From Vicugna vicugna (lineage: Eukaryota): a DNA stretch of 64,000 nucleotides. Shown in pieces: positions 24,913-37,865 of the stretch (within the stretch, counting starts at the first letter, position 1; every line of letters starts with the position of its first letter). Location of the stretch: assembly GCA_013265495.1 (NCBI GenBank), contig MU061538.1, positions 2,572,865 to 2,636,864 on the forward strand, written 5' to 3'. Position numbers and translations under genes: made by a program. The notes under the pieces were generated by a model, which was given only the letters and a program-made list of their open reading frames with translations, did no database searches and was not told the origin of the DNA.

Positions 24913-27759
24913 CAGCAGAAAAGGAGGCAGAAAAGAAAACAACATGGCCCCCGATTGCTAGGAACACCTGCAGGGTCAGACGGACATAAGTGCTCTTCCC
25001 TATGGAGCACAAACTGAGATGCTTTTAGGCAGAAAGTGGGACGCCAGCAGTGGCTCTGAGCGTGCGGGCAGGGCGAGGGAGACGCCCGTGTGGAAGGCCA
25101 CGCGGTGCAGCCCTCACGTGCTGATTTTGAAAGATGGAGGTGCTTTGGTGGGTTCTGGGTCGGATGTCCAGCAACTCTGGAGCAAGGCTGCAGTTGAACG
25201 TGTGTGTTTAGGTATGAAGTAGCCAAAGGGTTCCAAAATATTAAAAAAAATAAATTTTTGTACTCTGGGTTTTCTTTTTGATATCACAAAAATGTCAGAG
25301 GGAGGCGATGTTGGCTCAAAAATGCCTTTCAAAGAGCAAGCTTTTCTAATTACACTCCTTAAGTGCTAAGTCACTGCCTGGCCCCACCAGCCCGCACGGA
25401 ACCAAGATTCCCAGACGAGATCCTGAGACCTCGGGGTTCCCAGCTTCACTCCACCAGCACCACCGAGCGAGAAGCAGACGCAGGCACCATCGTCTGGGTC
25501 ATTCGCTCCCTCTGGCTCGAGGGCCTCTCACGGACTCTTGGTTCACACTTGTGCCAGTGACTCTACGTCTGTGGCAGGACAGTCTGACTGGGACGTCAAA
25601 TGTGTCTCACTTTCCTGCAGAATCTTGAGAATGAGAATAAGTTACAAACATGGCAAGCAATCCCTTCCCCCTTTCAAGAACACAGCCAGGGTTACTGTGT
25701 TCTTTAAGTCTGAGGCAATGAAGACGGATCTGCTTTGGGAAAATCTAAATTCTTGGCAACAAAGAGCTGGATGGTCTGGGGCTGAGATGCGTAAGTGCGT
25801 GCGCACAGATGGAGGGCAGTGGGTGATTAAATTCTGTGGGCTTCAAACTATGATAAAATGACACCACAATATCCACTTTTACAACTTGGGTAATTACATT
25901 GACAAGTACTTCCCAACAAATAATGGCCTCAGCCTGGAAACCACTCGGAGAGTAGCTACATTTCAAAGATGACATGAGCAGCTTTAAATTTCACTTAGTT
26001 TTCATCACGGGATCTGAGACTGCCCGATTGCACCTTTGATTAATGGACTGCCCAAATCGCTTTTAAAATCTTTTAAATTTCCATTCTTCCTATGGGGAAC
26101 AACTTTTATGTGCCACAACAGAGCCCTGCTTAGATTTCTAAATAGCTTATTCTACCAAAACCCCACCAAAAAGCAACAAAACGTTTCTTCCTGTATTTAA
26201 CACTGTCAAACATACGCTTATGTGGCTAAAGAAAGGAAAAACAATTTGCCAGCAGAATTGGGGTTTGTTTTTTCAACTTATTTTTTCATCTGACATGATC
26301 ATGAAAGAAAATACACAGGTAAGGAGGCTTTCAAATAAAAAGATTGAGGGGAGTGAAAAAAAGAAAGATCAGGGAAAAAGTCCTTTGTTAATAATGTATT
26401 TTTAAAAATATTTATGATTAGTTGGTATAAAAATCTGAGTTCTTGAAGGGACTTTAAAGTGGTTATACCGTAATGGTTCTATTATTTAGTAAACCTGACT
26501 TAGAACAAATCAAGTATTATGAAGGCGTCAAAAAATTTCAAAAGACTGTGAGATGGGCCAAAAAGCCCCCTGGGTAGCCTGTCTGCAGACTATGAGCCAT
26601 TGTACGCTGTACCCTTCTGGGCTCCTTGGTTCTTCAGACGTTCACTCCTGTCCTTGTCCTGGTATATTTTATGAGTCTGAAAGTTGTAGAAAGCTGGCAG
26701 TGGTGCACAGGACTCTTGCTGATGAGATGCAGATGGATTTTGTCTGGTAGAGATGCAACTGAGCCCTCGGCCCGATAGCACCACCATGGAAAAAGCCAAC
26801 TTTCCAGCAAATTCACTTCCGCATTTCTGATTGCCCACGTATGTGTGTGCTTTCTCTCCCTTCTCTTCAGATCTCACTGGTTCTCTCCTTAATTCATGAG
26901 CTAAATATAACCATAACCTTTGACATATGTTAATTTCATATGAATGTAATGTCATGAGCCTCGTGATTCTTCCCTTCAAAGAATTCTTCAACACAAGTTC
27001 ATTATGTGCAAGATATGGACAAAATTTCACAGATGGGCTATGAAAAACATCGCTAAACCACTTGAAATGTAAATTTGGCTAACAATTTGTTTAATAATGA
27101 ATCAACTTACAAATAAAACCTACTATTTTTTAGAATACCAATTTTTATCAAAATCAGTTATTCTTCAAATGTCCTGAACCATTAGTGGATTCTGAAATTT
27201 ACTGGGCAGTGAAAAATGTTGCTTACATCATTCCAGCACCATAACTTATTAGTAAATCAGTAATTACTTCTCAAACCCCATCCCCTCCAATATCATTCAC
27301 GGTTTTGTGGGCTATCATTTTAATCACAGTGCTAAGAGCTGAATGAATGCTAACCTCTCTGCATACTTTCATCAACAGGGGTTTGATGACAATAGGTATT
27401 TCCAATACAAGCGCAGAAGACATATTCTTAAAATAACCTCACTGTCAGCAGGCATTATGGTAAGGCAGCAGACTACTGCAGAAAGTTATCTCAAATTTTA
27501 TGTCAGTATTGTTCACCCTAAATGATTATTATGGAACAAATTAGCAAATACAGATACCTAGAGGTCAAATCACCTTACTTCAGGCTTCTGTGAAAGAAAC
27601 CACTTTCTGCTGACAAAGACTAATAAATGGGCTGAAAGATAGAAATTTGACAGTGTTTTCCTTCAAAAAGAACTCTGATGAAAAGTGCCAAGGGTAGCAG
27701 ACGGCCTGTTGGGAAACGCTTGGTAAAGGAGTCTGGGAACCAGGCTTCTATTTCAGTCT

Positions 27760-28070
27760 CTGCCACAGACAGGATATACCAGAAGCATGCAGTCAAATTT
27801 GAAGCAGTGTCCTTAAGGGACACAGCATGCTATTCTCCTTTCCTTTTTCATACCTGCCAGCAGGAATGCTTTTATGATGGCTGGAGCTAGAGCAGCCATC
27901 TTGGGCCTTTTGGTGATCTTGGAAATGGAATCTAAGAGCCAAATAAAACATTGGTCCTACCTCTTGACTTTGATGTGAGAGAGAAGTAAATTTGACAAAT
28001 ACATTTCTGTCTTGTTTAAACCAGTATTGTTTTCATTTTTATGTTGCTCGGAGATGAATCGAATCCTAAG
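27760..28070 (+). mobile_element. Old ERVL/MaLR LTR remnant (MLT1J/K or LTR33-like)
   Basis: tgatggctggagctagagcagccatcttg; tgtgagagagaagtaaa; tcttgtttaaaccagtatt...gaatcctaa. Confidence 0.5.
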
Positions 28071-28844
28071 AAAGAGATCAGATCTAATTTCTGGGTTTGG
28101 AGTCAGAAGATGAGTTCTAATCCCACGGTGGTGTTCTCCTGACTCAGGTTACCTTCTCTCTCTGTCTTTCATTTTCAGTACTACTAAAAGGCCTTATTTT
28201 TCAGAAGAGGCAGCTGGTGAGTTCAGCCATATGGAGGCATTTTGAAAGTAAGAAAAGAAAAAAAAAGAAAGTACAATTTGTATAAATCTAAGCTGCTATC
28301 GCCACCTGCAACACTCAGATCTCTGCAGAGAACAGTTATGACTTTCTACTAACCATTCACCTATTATTTTATTTGTAAAGGAAAGAAATATTATGAACCA
28401 TGTTGCAGAAGAATTTGGGATAGAATCTTTGGGGGGAGAAAAAACTCGCCTCTGCACAATTCTCGTCCTTCTGACTTAAAAGCAAACAAAATAATTCAAA
28501 ATGTAAGGAGGAAGCAGGCTGATGTCCCACACAGAATGAAGACAATCATTACACGAAGTCATCCTGTCTATTCACTGGGGTGGAAAAGCAGAAAAACAGA
28601 TGATTAGAGGTTCTTCCACTGTCCCGGGGAAAATGGGCTGGTACCCTTTGGAGGAAACATTCACTCCTGCAGACCTGCTCAGTTGCGACTGTCAAGCCTC
28701 CAAGTGCCTGATTATATAGTGGATACCGGCGGGCTGTTTATTTCGGAGACGATCTGTCTTGTGTAACACATATGAGACGTCAGTGCCACAGTGAGTGGCT
28801 GCCTGGGTCTGTCTGCTCAGTAGAAGGTGAAGCCTGATTGCTCG

Positions 28845-29147
28845 GTCTAGGGGGAGGTTCTGTCTGTCTGGAGGCAGTCCTGTCTGCCTGGGGGGCGGTC
28901 CTGTCTGTCTGGGGGCNNNNNNNNNNNNNNNNGGGCGGTCCTGTCTATCTAGGGGGTGGTCCTGTCTGTCTGGGGGCGGTCCTGTCTGCCTGGGGGCGGT
29001 CCTGTCTGTGTGAGGGAGGTCCTGTCTGTCTGGAGGCGGTCCTGTCTGTCTGGGGGGCAGTCCTGTCTGTCTGGGGGCCGGTCCTGTAGGCCTGGAGGCG
29101 GTCCTGTCTGTCTGGAGGTGGTCCTGTCTGTCTGGGGGCGGTCCTGT
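28845..29147 (+). repeat. G-rich minisatellite with a 20-21 bp unit (GGGGGCGGTCCTGTCTGTCT), interrupted by an assembly gap
   Basis: About 14 visible tandem units, with 16 Ns at 28917-28932. Confidence 0.95.
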
Positions 29148-29232
29148 AAAGCAGGCGCAGCCCTCCGAAGCACGCCCACCTGCCCAGGTTCCCCTCCAGG
29201 GGAGGGGCTTTGGAAGATTACCAAATGACGTC

Positions 29233-29630
29233 ACTATTCTAAATCCGTCTCTGTCTTCCAACTCGGCTCTGCCCAGTCTTTCCCTCCGGGCTTTGAACGG
29301 CAGAGGCCCTGCTGGGATTGCTAGAGGAACGCGAGTCAATTAGGGAGCCAGAACCGATGGGTCTGAAAGCCCCGGGCGACCGGGGAGGACCCAGAGCTTG
29401 AGCGGGCGGGACACCAGTCGCACAGGGGCATGAACATGCCACAGTGACCACAGGCGAGGAGGCCCCGCGCTTCTCTCCTAGGGACGTGGGAACCCGTCTC
29501 TGATGGTAGATCGTTAGCCCGACGTACTAGAAAATCCCCCCCTTTCCTAACTGCGTACCCTTAGACAGGGTATCGGACTTTGCTGTGCCTCAGTGTTCCC
29601 ATCCGAGAAACAATGGGGACATGACTGACA
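29233..29630 (-). repeat. Inverted repeat copy A (identical core 29278-29610)
   Basis: The reverse complement matches 46672-47004 base for base over 333 bp (checked by eye). Imperfect homology extends about 45 bp to the left and 20 bp to the right. Confidence 0.95.
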
Positions 29631-30888
29631 TCTCTCTTATATGACATTAGATAACGTCTACATCCAGCTATTGAGCACTAGGAAGTATTAAGTCCTAAGA
29701 ATGCTGTTAGCAGCAGACAGCCAACACCTGAGTTGTGCTATGGGCGTTCACAGGACTTCACAGGAATGCTGTCCATGTGGGACCTGAAATGACTGTAACC
29801 TGAGGGTCAAGCATTGCTGTGTAGTCCTTCTACTTCATGTGTGCCCAGCGGGACTGTGTGTTCTATCGTCTCAACCAGGACAGCTGAAAGTCATGCGGGC
29901 GGTGCTTTAATAATCACATCAGGGCAAGTGACGTGACCTGGATGTCCGAGTTGTATGAATACTGGTTTATTCCCCAGTTCAGCAGAGCTACAGCTGGCAT
30001 TGGCAGAAACAAATTTTTATACTTACCCAAAATTTTAAAAATTAAAAATCCTGACTTAATTTAATGGATATAAGTTTCACTCTGATGCATTTGCAATAAG
30101 AGGATAATTAAACCGGAATTATCAGGACTATAAATCTGACAATTATATTCCATGTGTGCCATCGATAAAGGCTCCAACTGAAAAAGCAACAGAACAACTT
30201 GCTCAAAAAACTGACTGCACTGTAATTTAACAAACACAGAATAAGGCTCAGCTAATCTTTCGGTTACAGTGTCTTGTCATCCACAAAATCAATGAATGGC
30301 GTTTCAAGTCGGCAGCAAAGACATTGTTTTTATGCGTGGTGAAGTAGCACTCATTTTAATGGTACACATCGCAGTCAAAGACAACGTTGCAATCTTTGGG
30401 CAGTAATGAGTTCAGTCCTCTTAGCCGGTGGGAGCGTTCGGCTCAATTTATAGCTATTGGTAGAGCAGACAAAGGTCATGACTGCATCTCATTTATTAGA
30501 GCTGCCTTTCTAAACAGTGGAGGTACAGGGTAAACGATAGTGAAATTGTAACCTGCAGCAGAATAGCTGTTTACTCTATCAGGGAATGGATTTTTTTTAA
30601 GTGCCCAAGTTCTATTGCTTTCCTTTTTTACTTTTCCTGTTTTTGTTTGTTTTTGTTTTCAGCATGTGCAGCGGCTGTGATTTACACATGTGCACTGTCA
30701 TGTATTAATAACAGGCGTGGTGCCACAATCAGCTAGGCATGACTGAAAAGGCAATGTTTCCTTCCCTCTACTATCAACAGCACGGAATAACAAAGCAAAA
30801 TTTCCTGCCGCAAACGATATTTTACACCTTATTTATTCTACAGAATGAAATAAGGTCAACTAGATGAACATCAGTAACTTTCCTGTGG

Positions 30889-30922
30889 GCACACACACAC
30901 ACACACACGTACACACACACAC
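30889..30922 (+). repeat. (CA)n microsatellite, interrupted
   Basis: cacacacacacacacacacgtacacacacaca. Confidence 0.9.
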
Positions 30923-31834
30923 CCCCACATCGACTCAACTAGGGCCAATGTATCTGAGTTTATGAGCAGTGGACGAGCCTTCCAAATCCTGTCCGGGGTG
31001 GACTTTTTCAATTCATTTCATCCACCAAGTATTCCAGAGGTGCTCTCTGTGCTCGACCCTGCGCACGTGCTAATCTCTTACTGTGTGCTCGCCCCCACCG
31101 CCAGACTCAAGAAGACACTCTAGGGTGTCTGCTAGACGTGGGACATGATTCGTTCTCCTCTCCCTTTAGCGGAACCACACTCTAATTCCAACTTAGAACA
31201 TCAAATAATCCTTGACCACGCGGTAGCTCCCTTCAGCTGGGCGTTGCTAGGGAAGCCGCGGCACGCCCTTGGCCCAGCTCAGCACCTTCTCCCCCATTGC
31301 CCACCCCTTGTTTGGTTCAGGTCTCTCCTTCCCTGTTGCTGCTTCATTTGTCGTTCTCCTCTGAAGGGAGAGGCCATGTTTTGGTACATTTTGATGTGTT
31401 TTCATACAGTCAACACATAACGGGTATTTTAAAAGAAAACAAAATTAAAAACCATGGTAGAGAAAAGACTGGAAGCCTCTGAGTGAAACTGGAAAATTAG
31501 GTATGGCGTTTTGGTGCTCTGGAACGACTGAGTACCTCTTGTCATAACAAAAACCCACCAAAGTGCTCCAGTGAGCTACACCAAAGACGCAGCTGAGCCC
31601 TGTGCCCTTTTAGCAATGCCACCAACTGTCGCTCAGATAGGAGAGCAGATTCTGCAAGTTTGACGATTTGATTTCTGCTCATGTTTCTAGCCTATTCTGC
31701 TATCTACTTAAACCATCAGCAAATAAATACTTCAATTTTATTTTCAGTTTTGAATTTCATGCATGTTCTATTTCCTATAATAGTCCCAGTTTTAATCATT
31801 ACTCCATGTGCCACATCAAAGTATTGGGTCTTAA

Positions 31835-32090
31835 ATATCACATGCTATCACTTATATGAGGAGTCTAAAAATATATACAAATTGTATTTACAAATCAGAA
31901 ATAGACTCACAGACATAGAAAACAAACTATGGTTACCAAAGGGGAAAGAGCGGAGAGGGGTACATCAGGAGTTTGGGATCTGCAGATACACACTACTGTA
32001 TATAAAATAGATAAACAACAAGGACCTACTGTACAGCACAGGGAACTGTATTCAGTTTCTTGTAATAAGTGATAAAGGATTACTCTGAGT
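31835..32090 (+). mobile_element. L1 3' UTR fragment
   Basis: atatcacttatatg...gaaatagactcacagacatagaaaacaaactatggttaccaaagggg...gtacagcacagggaact. Confidence 0.85.
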
Positions 32091-33284
32091 GATAAATAAT
32101 ATGTGAACTTACTCGGATCGCAGCAAGTGCTCAATAAACATTTATCGACTCTAAAAAAACAGTACAGGGTCTTGTCAAGTGAATAAATAATTGTTCTTCC
32201 CCAGAGAGATTCGCCTGGTTGCTGCTGCTTCTTACAGAAATCAGCCATAGTATTCACCACACAAACCCTTCATGACTGTGAGTCATTTTCTTGAATCGGT
32301 TTCCGTGGTCCATTTCTCCCAGACCATCAGTGCCCTCCCTGGCTCTTAACTCTAATTCATTGTTTTCCGTTTGGTACCATTTTCTCAGTGCCTTCTCAGA
32401 CTGATAAGCACAGCCTTCACCTCTAGTCTTTTGGATTCCATGCATCTTGGATGCTTTCATGTTTCTGTCTGAACCAACAACCACCAGAGCTTTGTGCAGG
32501 TGTTGAAGAAGTACTTTTGGAAAAGTCTTATGACATACATTAAACAAAGCTGGTGACACAAGAGAGCTTGGACAAAAATCTCTTGAGACGCAGTCCAAAG
32601 TTCACTGCAGCATCACCAGACCCAAGAAAGAGTCACTATTTCTATAGAAAAGAGAGAAAGGAAAATGGTAAAAAGCTAGTAGGTCTAATGTGTACCAGGG
32701 ACCAAGGTTGGTGAAATTCACTGTGTTGCGGGGAAATCTGCACTGTGGAATGTTAGAGCCGGAAGAAACGGTGGTGCTATATCCACACGTCCAGTTTATT
32801 TATTTAAGGAACAGGGTGTAGTCCTTCTGCTTCTGCATCGTCTTGCCTCTCAGTTTCCTTCTATGGCCTGATGGTTGTGGAATGTGAAAAAGGAGGACAA
32901 GACGGAATTATTCAATGAAGAAGTGGAACATAAACCTTCAATCATGTGGTATTCTGGGGGGTAGCAGCCAATCTCTTAAAAGTGCCACACAAGATTCCAA
33001 AAGGTAAATTTTATATTGGACCAGACTAAAAAGACTTTCTAAGCCAGACCACCTCTCCAGCCACTTTTACATAATGTAGTAACAGATTGGCAAAGAGAAA
33101 CATTCTAGTTGAATTGAAGAAGGATAACTGGGCATGATTTGTTGATTCGTACATAAAGGGTATTTTTTGGTTTAGGCCTGATTTCCTGGGCGGGGTTGTC
33201 AAAATGGCACTAAAACAGCATCGCGTCCTTAGGTCGCCTGCTATTTGGGTGATTTCTGGAAACATTAAGAATTACTGAGGTGCA

Positions 33285-34405
33285 CGTGGCAATACCGTAA
33301 AACACTAAACAGAATTTCCACATGTTCCAGCAATTCCATTTCTGGGAATATACACAAAAGAAGCGAAAGAAAGGGCTCACACACATCTGTACACTCGTAT
33401 TCACAGCAGGACGCTCAGTACACTCACAAGAGCCAAAAGGTGAGCGCAACCCAGTTTCTATCACGAGATGCATGGCTAACCAAAATGCAGGCCAGACAGA
33501 CACACACACACAGACACACACACACACACAGACACACACTGGAGTACGATCCAGCCTTAAAAGGGAAGGAAACTCTGACACCTGCTACAACATGGATTAA
33601 CCCTGAGGACATGATGCTCAGTGCAACAGGCCAGATGCAAAAGGAAAAATATTGACTGTGTGGTTCCACTTATATGTGGCACCCAGAGTAGTCAAATTCA
33701 TAGAGAAGGAAAGTAGGATGGTGGGTGCCAGAGTCTGAGGGGAGGCGGGTGGAGAGTGAATGTTCAATGGGGATGGAGTTTCAGGTTGGGAGGATGAAAA
33801 AGTTCTGGAGATGGACGGTAGGGATGGCTGCACAACAGTGTGAATGTGAGACAGGCTGGGACCTGGGACCCTTTGCTGCAGTGCTCACACCTAGACAAAC
33901 GTCTCCTTGAGCAACAGAATACAAAGAAACTAGAAGGGACTGAAAATAACTGCACACATGTGCAGCTGGGGCAAGTCATGAACAAGATACAAAAAGACCA
34001 AAAACCCAGCTGCCACTTCTGAGGTGTCTGGAGCAAAAGCAGAGCCCTGTGCACGTTCCCTGCACACAGCACCACCAAGGGGGCGGGCAGACCACCTACA
34101 CCGCCCCTCCGGCCCCACGCATGGATCCACCCCTACTCTTATCCTGTTTCAGTGACCAGTTCGTCCTCCCTCAGGGAGTGAGCCAGAGAACCTATTACTT
34201 GTTTCACTCCATCCTGCTGCAGCAAGAGACCCAGCAGAGCCTCGTCTGAGTTTCTCAGTTAGCCTCTGATCAATTTCTACTGGTGACAGATTCCAAGAAC
34301 CTGAATCAGTAGCAAAAGTACTAAATGCTGCTAAACTGTGTGCATAAGATGGTTAAAATGGTAAATTTTACATTATATACACTTTACAACAATTGAAAAA
34401 AAAAG
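33285..34405 (+). mobile_element. L1MB-type 3' end, interrupted by a (CA)-rich repeat at about 33496-33539 and by a solo LTR
   Basis: ccagcaattccatttctgggaatata; ctgacacctgctacaacatggattaaccctgagga; aaaagttctggagatgg. Resumes at 34315 with atggttaaaatggtaaatttta and poly(A). Confidence 0.85.
33847..34314 (+). mobile_element. Solo LTR (468 bp), probably ERV1 class, nested in L1
   Basis: TG...CA termini (tgagacagg...cagtagca) cleanly split the L1 phrase gtgaatg|tactaaatg. Apparent 4-bp TSD aatg/aaag (one mismatch). Confidence 0.7.
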
Positions 34406-34727
34406 AATTGCTGGGACAGGAAAATGGGTTTAATGTAGAATATGCGGAAAAGAAAGAGGGTCGGAGAAAGTATACAGCTGTATATTAACCTCTTTTTACT
34501 TTCATTCAGTTCCAAGTTTGTGGCTTTGGAAATCATGGGTTCTGAAAAAAAATCAGCATGCAATTACTTATGCAAATGTAAGAAAGATCTGTGGGTCAGG
34601 GAAGCATTTATTTGACCCCTACACCACCTCTCTCCAGCGTGCTGCTCTGAGTCACTGGTGGGTGCCACATGCCTGGACCAGTCGCTTGTTCCTGGATAAC
34701 TCTGAGGGGCAGACAGAAAGGAAACTG

Positions 34728-35280
34728 TCGAGGACCAACCAAGATGGCGGAGCTCACCTCCCTCCTCGAACACATCAAAGATGCACCTACACGTGGAGCA
34801 ATTCTCACTGAAAACGAACCGGAAACTGGCAGGAGGACTCCTGTACAACCAAGGTTGTAAGAAAGACGCACAGGTAACTGGGCAGGAAGGGAGGAGAAGC
34901 TTTCAGGCTGAGCCCTGGGCCCCTGGGAAGAGACTCGGCGGGAAAGGGAGCTTATCTGGGGGAAGATCTGCTCTGGGGAGCAAGTGGTTCAAGCCAGACT
35001 GGACACCCCAGTCCTGGGATCCTCTGCTGGGGAGACAAGCCCCCTCGGCTGGCTGGAGGACCACTGGGACTCAGGGCAGGGCAGCGGGAGCCCGGACTCC
35101 ACTTGTGAAGAGCGTGCACGGGCTGGCTTGCCCCAGGTGCGGGGCGGGGGTCTCCTGACACCACGAGGAGACACTCCAGCCCCGTCCCCCCACCCCACAG
35201 CCTCACCGCCGGGTACCGGACTGGGGGCAGCACTGCCGGGGGGTAGACTTGACTGTGGGGCGCCAAGGCGACTCTCGGCA
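34728..35280 (+). mobile_element. L1 5' UTR fragment without downstream ORFs
   Basis: Begins gaggaccaaccAAGATGGCGGAG (the YY1 motif typical of L1 5' termini), followed by gagctcacctcc...gaacacatcaaa...attctcactgaaaac and a GC-rich tract. Confidence 0.6.
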
Positions 35281-37299
35281 TGAATTGTTAACAGAGAGCG
35301 TAAGTGTGAATGAAACAAGAGTTCAGAAGCATAACTAGAACACAGAGAAAATCACTCTATTTACAGCAGATGTGGCTCCAGAGGACACTTAAAGGAATTC
35401 TGTAATTGGATGGATTTAGGGTGTTCAGGCTGAAGAGAAAGCAAATGATGAGCGATCATTTCTTTATGCTCTGTCGTGGGGGTCTGCACGTTTCGGGTGC
35501 TGGAAGGACACCCTTAGGATATTTTTCATAAAACTCATCGTATTTTTGTGCTAGCTGTTTGGGTCCAGCCCACCCCAGCCTGCCGAGCAGGGAGTGCTTG
35601 TTTCTACTCCCTCAGGTCGTGAATTCATCCCGTGTTCTGGAGTCTCACACGGCCATTAAAGTCCACCGCCTTGTGTAAAATCCAGTGACTGGCATCTCGG
35701 TCTGTGATCGTTTCTGTTCTCACAAAATTTATCAGTCACCAGATGAGACGGTGTTCAGCCAGCAGTTGGCCAAGCATGGAGCGCTCAGCGCAAGTCACTC
35801 ACTGTCAGCGAGAACGTGTCATTGCCAGGGAAGATGACCTCACCCCCGTCCCGTCACACATGATCTCCGTTTTGAAACGCAGAGTCAGAGATTTTATCTG
35901 TAAGGCAGGGTGCCTGGGCACCGAAGTTCGATGGTGACCATCTTCTGTAGAAAGAGCTACCCTTACACCCATCATCTTCTCCACAAAGACGATTCTCTTC
36001 CACAAATGGGAGTAACTCATTGCAATGTAAACGAGAAGAGAACGAAATGTTACGTTTTTGCTCATAATCCTCTTTTCTTCACCTGAAAGCCAGGCGCTTT
36101 AACATTCAAAGCTTCAGTGATATGGCACCATGCTTGGTAAGTTTGAAGGAGAAATTACCATTAGAATTATCAATGGTTCTGTCACGAAAAAAATAACATA
36201 ACACCTTTAAAGTACTTTATAGAACAGTCCCCAGATAGAAATACATGGGGACACGTTGGTTACCAGGAAGAGAGGAAAAAAATAGTCACTTCTGTGACAG
36301 GATTATCTGTAAGCCAATACCGATCTCACAATGCGATTATGAAGAATCTGTCTCAGAGATTTAAAGCTTTTTCATATTAACTGGGCAAAGCTAAAACACG
36401 ATTATGTTTAAAAGTGTACATCATTTAAAGAAAAAATGTATAATGTTTATGAAATGGGTGCCATGATTTTAAATTTAAAAAAAAAAACAGCTTTCTGTCA
36501 ATGACCTCAGTGACTTTTAACTTTTGTCATTAATCACTGGATGAATTTTGTGCAAATGGATCCCAGTTCTATGAAAAATTGCAGAACTGTTTATGTGACA
36601 GTTTATGGCAGGTGTTGGTCTAGCACACATCTAAAGGGTGGCGTTGCATAACTATTTAAATGTTTTAACAAATTCCGTTAAGATCATTCACAGCATGAAG
36701 AGAATTATACCACTAACGTTTGATTAAATCAACTTTATTTGAAAATATAAAAGCTATTAAAACACCACCACCAAAGGAGCATAATATATTCACTATAAAA
36801 GTTAGGAAACTGGAATATTTGTATGGCCTACAAATTACATCAGGATACAATATACTGTATAGGATACACCATATGTTTACCAATCTGTTCTAGAATTGTG
36901 CTAAATTTTACCTTTTTTGAAAATTAATACAATCATTTCTGGGTCCCACCCCGCTCCGGTCTTTCAGCTCCTCTCTCATTTGCCCACACCGTCTTGCAGG
37001 TTACTGACCATGATTCTGTAATTTCCTTGGCAAGCTGGTTAGTGTGAGTCAGGAAAAGCATATTCAACTACTGAACAAAGCATCAGAAATGCAAGCTTGA
37101 CGCTCCTTTACCTCTGAATCCTCAGACAAATGGACGCCCTTCTGCTTGGCCTCCAGAACCAGAAAACGTGTTTTTAAACTGGCTGCGAACCTGGCTGTAT
37201 GTATGATACTCAATAATTATTGTTATTCAGCCTTTCTGAGTGGGTGATAACAACACTGCCTCCTTCACTGGCCATTACAACAGTTCTTACGTACTCTGC

Positions 37300-37865
37300 T
37301 GACAAGTTCATTATCAAATGTATGATTTGCAAACATTTTCTCTCATTCTGTGGGCTGCCTTTTCACTTTCCTGATGGTGTCCGTTGAAGCACAAAAGCTT
37401 TTAATTTTGATGAAATCTAATTTATCTATTTTTTTCTTTGGTTGCTCATACTTTGGTGCCATATTTAAGAATCCTTTGCCAAATCCAGTGCCATGAAGAT
37501 TTACCCCTGTTTTCTCCTGAGTTTAATAGTTCTAGCTCTTATATTTAGGTCTTTGGCCCATTTTATAATTTAATTTTTTTCTTTTTTATTGAAGTATAGT
37601 TGATTTACAATGCTGTGTTAGTTTCTGGTGTACAGCACAGTGATTCAGTCATACCTTTGTTCTTTTTCATATTTTTTCACTATAGGTTATTACAAGGCAT
37701 TGAACATGGTTCCCTGTGCTGTACAGCAGGACCCTGTTGTTTATTTAACGGTCTTTGATCCATTCTGAGACAGTTTTTGTATACGGTGTGAGGTAAGGGT
37801 CCAGTATCATTCTTTTGTATAGTGCCATCTACTTGTCCCAGGGCCATTTGTTAAAAAGACGTTAC
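37300..37865 (-). mobile_element. L1 ORF2 fragment (antisense) with a nested younger L1 3' end (about 37570-37745)
   Basis: atgatttgcaaacattttctctcattctgtgggctgcc; tttatatttaggtcttt; nested ttttattgaagtatagttgatttacaatg...ccctgtgctgtacagcagg; resumes ggtctttgatccatt...ggtgtgaggtaagggtcca. Confidence 0.85.

Noticed and set aside
28845..29147. Possible CRISPR-like array
   Set aside because: The units are contiguous tandem repeats with no unique spacers, there are no cas genes, and the context is mammalian.
29226..29233. Full palindromic CRE (TGACGTCA) at the edge of repeat copy A
   Set aside because: A single 8-mer in 64 kb is compatible with chance, and it is not shared with copy B.
28692..29339. 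215-aa repetitive ORF (TGPPPDRQD repeats)
   Set aside because: It is a translation of the minisatellite and crosses an N-gap.
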